Of a stretch of 41,729 nt of DNA, positions 39,194 through 41,729 are shown piece after piece. The notes under the pieces were generated by a model that saw only the letters and a list, made by a program, of their open reading frames with translations, was not told the origin of the DNA and did no database searches. Position numbers and translations under genes: made by a program. Positions within the stretch are counted from its first letter, which is position 1; each line of letters opens with the position of its first letter. Source of the DNA: an uncultured Candidatus Saccharibacteria bacterium (lineage in GTDB: Bacteria > Patescibacteriota > Saccharimonadia > Saccharimonadales > CAYVSP01); NCBI GenBank assembly GCA_964540115.1, contig CAZILM010000003.1, forward strand, positions 1-41,729, in the 5' to 3' direction.

Positions 39194-39592
39194 ATGGCCC
39201 ACATCCTGATTGTTGAAGATGATCAAGTTCTGAACGATGCTTATAAGTTGATACTGACCAAAGAGGGACATGAAGTAAAAGTAGCGCATGACGGTGTTGA
39301 AGGACTAAAATGCCTCAAAGGCTACACACCTGATGTGATACTTCTGGATTTACTGATGCCGAATCTTGATGGCATTGGTTTTTTGAAAAAGTACCAAAAG
39401 ACGTATAGCGACCGTAAGGATACCAAAGTCGTAATTTTGACCAATCTGGATCAGGACAAAGAAATACAAGCGGCCCTCGAACTTGGAGCCTACAAGTATA
39501 TTGTCAAAGCCCGCACATCACCTAAACAACTGGCAATCAACGTAAACCATCTAGTAAATAGGAATATCGACAAAAGGTCCGAAGACTCCTAA
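39194..39592 (+). CDS. receiver-only response regulator
   Basis: ILIVEDD, VILLDLLMP (acceptor Asp), ILTNL, and a KYIVK Lys. No output domain; 132 aa. Confidence 0.85.
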   Translation: MAHILIVEDDQVLNDAYKLILTKEGHEVKVAHDGVEGLKCLKGYTPDVILLDLLMPNLDGIGFLKKYQKTYSDRKDTKVVILTNLDQDKEIQAALELGAYKYIVKARTSPKQLAINVNHLVNRNIDKRSEDS

Positions 39593-39596
39593 AAGT

Positions 39597-40283
39597 TTAT
39601 CCGCTAAAATCGGGGCGGTTGATGCCAATCAGGCGCATAGATTCGTAGTCATCATCCAGTAAATCATTCAACTTGTCGGTTCTGACAATATAATTTTGGC
39701 GGTTATAAGTAATGACGCCGGTTTTTTCCAGTCGCTTTAGTTCGATTCCGGTGGTTTCACGCGTTAAACCCATAAAGTTTGCTAAGTCCTGCTGTGTTAG
39801 AGGCAAAGAAATCTTAACGAGGTCTTTTTTTACGTCCCGGCCAAAGCGAACGCAAAGAAAATAAATAGTATGAAGTACCTTATCGGCCGCTTTGGATTGC
39901 TCAAGCGCATTGATACGCATTTGATAATTCAAATAGCGCGATACAAAATAGTCAAAATATTCATACAATAATTTGGGGTTAGCCTGAATAAAGCTTATGA
40001 ATTCAACCCTCGGGACGCAATAGACACTTACATCAGTGAATGCTTCGTAGAAATACTGTGTGCTACGCAATTTTGCGAACACCCAGCCCATCGGGAAAGT
40101 TTCCATTTCGACATCAAAAGAAATTGGCTTTTCCTGGCCTTCGCTAGTTAAGTTATAGGTCTTAACAACACCCTTTTTAATCAGGTATGCACAAGAAGGG
40201 ACCTCGCCTTCGAAGAGGATGATTTCGCCTTTTGTAAAATGTTGAACCCGGTAATTGTCCAGAAAGTGTTTGAGTGTCTCCAC
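39597..40283 (-). CDS. Crp/Fnr family transcriptional regulator (GTG start)
   Basis: N-terminal cNMP-binding-type beta-roll (FTKGEIILFEGEVPSCAYLIKKGVV) and a C-terminal HTH (LTQQDLANFMGLTRETTGIELKRLEKTGVI). Confidence 0.85.
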   Translation of the reverse strand: METLKHFLDNYRVQHFTKGEIILFEGEVPSCAYLIKKGVVKTYNLTSEGQEKPISFDVEMETFPMGWVFAKLRSTQYFYEAFTDVSVYCVPRVEFISFIQANPKLLYEYFDYFVSRYLNYQMRINALEQSKAADKVLHTIYFLCVRFGRDVKKDLVKISLPLTQQDLANFMGLTRETTGIELKRLEKTGVITYNRQNYIVRTDKLNDLLDDDYESMRLIGINRPDFSG

Positions 40284-40391
40284 GATGCTCCGTTTTTACT
40301 TTAAGTTACTCTAGGGGCAATATCGTACGGCTATCATTACTAATTATGAACTATACAACAAATTTGGATTACTTGATTAGATTTAGATGTC

Positions 40392-40931
40392 TTAAGTATC
40401 TTTTTCTGCAGATGCGCCGACAGATTTTCTTCCGGTGTAATAACTCCTTATTTGAAACAGAAAGTAGAGCCCCATCGCGCTGACGATTAAGCTCAATATA
40501 AAGCGTCCAAAACCGCCATACTCGCTAAACGATATAATCAGCCCATAAGCTACATTGACCAATGCGGCGTAAAAGAGCAGGTCCCAGCCTGTCTTTTTTC
40601 TAGCGCGTGTGCGCGGAAATGCCAACACTAGCATAAGCCCTTCAATAACAAGAGTAAGGACGCCAAGCCAGATTGCACTGCTCATTCGTTGGGTGCTAAT
40701 GGTAGTACCATTTAAGGCTTGCGTAAGACTATTTACGTAACTATTAACGTAATGTGCCCAATGCCAGACTGACCAAGCCGTCCAAAGCGCAAACACACCA
40801 AGTACCAAATTAACCCATGGCAGGTATTCGACAATTGTTTTGCGAGCGTTTTGGGGAAGTTGAAGCGGAAAATTTTTACTTACATCATCCAGTTTTGTCT
40901 CAAGCGTGGTGATTGCGCCCATAGAAGTCAC
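40392..40931 (-). CDS. hypothetical membrane protein (4 TM, 179 aa)
   Basis: GGAGGTGA Shine-Dalgarno; four hydrophobic helices. No family was recognised. Confidence 0.55.
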   Translation of the reverse strand: MTSMGAITTLETKLDDVSKNFPLQLPQNARKTIVEYLPWVNLVLGVFALWTAWSVWHWAHYVNSYVNSLTQALNGTTISTQRMSSAIWLGVLTLVIEGLMLVLAFPRTRARKKTGWDLLFYAALVNVAYGLIISFSEYGGFGRFILSLIVSAMGLYFLFQIRSYYTGRKSVGASAEKDT

Positions 40932-41014
40932 CTCCAGTAATAGTTAATAACCAAAGCATACTGCGGTTCACTCTCTTTGCGCAAGTGCTAGCTCTTTGCT
41001 GGACTTACACAACT

Positions 41015-41044
41015 TTGCTTAGACAAGTGTATGTCTCGTACAAT
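41015..41044 (+). promoter_or_regulatory. candidate promoter of the helicase gene (near-leaderless)
   Basis: TTGCTT, 18-nt spacer, TACAAT (41039-44), then 9 nt to the ATG at 41054. No Shine-Dalgarno. Confidence 0.45.
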
Positions 41045-41053
41045 ATCAAAACA

Positions 41054-41729
41054 ATGGAGAGATTCGACGAAGCCTACAGGCAATTGAACTCGGCTCAACG
41101 ACAAGCCGTTGACTCGATTGACGGCCCGGTTCTGGTGGTCGCCGGGCCTGGTACTGGCAAAACGCAATTACTTAGCCTCCGGCTGGCTAATATTTTACGC
41201 AAAACCGATACTCACCCGAATAATATTCTGTGTCTAACCTACACCGAGTCTGGTAAGGAAGCGATGCAAAACCGTCTGGCAGAATTTATCGGCAAAGCCT
41301 CAAAGCAAGTAGAGGTTCACACTTTTCATGGATTCGGCAGGGGATTAATCAGCCGTTTTGAGGATTACTTTCCGGAGCTTATTGGCTTTCGGCCGGCTGA
41401 AGACTTAATGCTATATGAGACACTGCTAGCTTGTTTAGAGCAACTGCCACGGGATAATCCCCTAAGCAAAAAGGCATACGGTCAATTCGTCTACCAAAGT
41501 GATGCCCAAAACCGCATTAGCCAGTTAAAGCAAGCCGGTATATCACCAACGACTGCTAAATTAACGGCTCAGCAGGACATAGCCTGGAGTAGGACAACCG
41601 GCAGTAAATTGACAGCGTCGTTTAATGAGGCAGGGCGGCTTTCGCCCAAGTCGTTAATAATGTTAACTAATAGTGTTGCCGCATTTTCCGGAGAAGAGCC
41701 TGCTTCGGAATTAGGTAAAATCTGTCTAA
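41054..41729 (+). CDS. UvrD/PcrA/Rep-family ATP-dependent DNA helicase, N-terminal part (runs off the window)
   Basis: My own translation is open from 41054 to the window end. It reads LNSAQRQAVDSIDGPVLVVAGPGTGKTQLL (motifs Q/I, Walker A), ILCLTYTESGKEAM (Ia) and VHTFHGF. It is absent from the ORF track because no stop lies within the window. Confidence 0.85.
   Translation, partial: MERFDEAYRQLNSAQRQAVDSIDGPVLVVAGPGTGKTQLLSLRLANILRKTDTHPNNILCLTYTESGKEAMQNRLAEFIGKASKQVEVHTFHGFGRGLISRFEDYFPELIGFRPAEDLMLYETLLACLEQLPRDNPLSKKAYGQFVYQSDAQNRISQLKQAGISPTTAKLTAQQDIAWSRTTGSKLTASFNEAGRLSPKSLIMLTNSVAAFSGEEPASELGKICL

Overview
Gene-dense, almost spacer-free chromosomal segment (many ATGA/TAATG start-stop overlaps and convergent genes sharing their 3' ends). 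It carries core information-processing genes: 5 tRNAs, rpmG, secE-nusG-rplK-rplA, rplJ-rplL, dnaX, dnaB, ybaB-recR, cysS and the 5' part of a UvrD-like helicase. My inference is a small-genome, Gram-positive-type bacterium, possibly of the Candidate Phyla Radiation / Saccharibacteria kind. This rests on the sortase/LPXTG envelope genes, ThyX rather than ThyA, the extreme compaction and the ribosomal protein extensions; it cannot be proven without a database search. No rRNA, CRISPR array, transposase, integrase or phage gene was seen. The most unusual region is 30.5-36.3 kb. It holds a sortase, an LPNTG-anchored protein and a membrane GT2-like protein with a degenerate DXD motif, facing three further secreted Asn/Ser/Thr/Gly-rich proteins. 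The LPNTG protein and two of these three share a roughly 70-aa 'TGPxSxN ... NTNGGxATSG' module that I cannot assign to a named family. Second, a dTMP-synthesis island (tmk, dcd, and a Tmk fused to a tandem ThyX) splits the normally contiguous rplKA/rplJL cluster. Other points are listed below:
- candidate cis-regulatory RNAs: an interleaved-helix leader at 11.6 kb, a promoter/hairpin/mini-ORF/terminator unit at 29.1 kb, and the rplJ leader
- a roughly 29-nt direct repeat of the rplK translation-initiation region flanking a small inserted ORF
- Lys/Glu-rich N-terminal extensions on L1 and L7/L12
- a RecR without its Cys4 zinc finger
- several apparently leaderless genes
- soluble PAS histidine kinases paired only with receiver-only response regulators.
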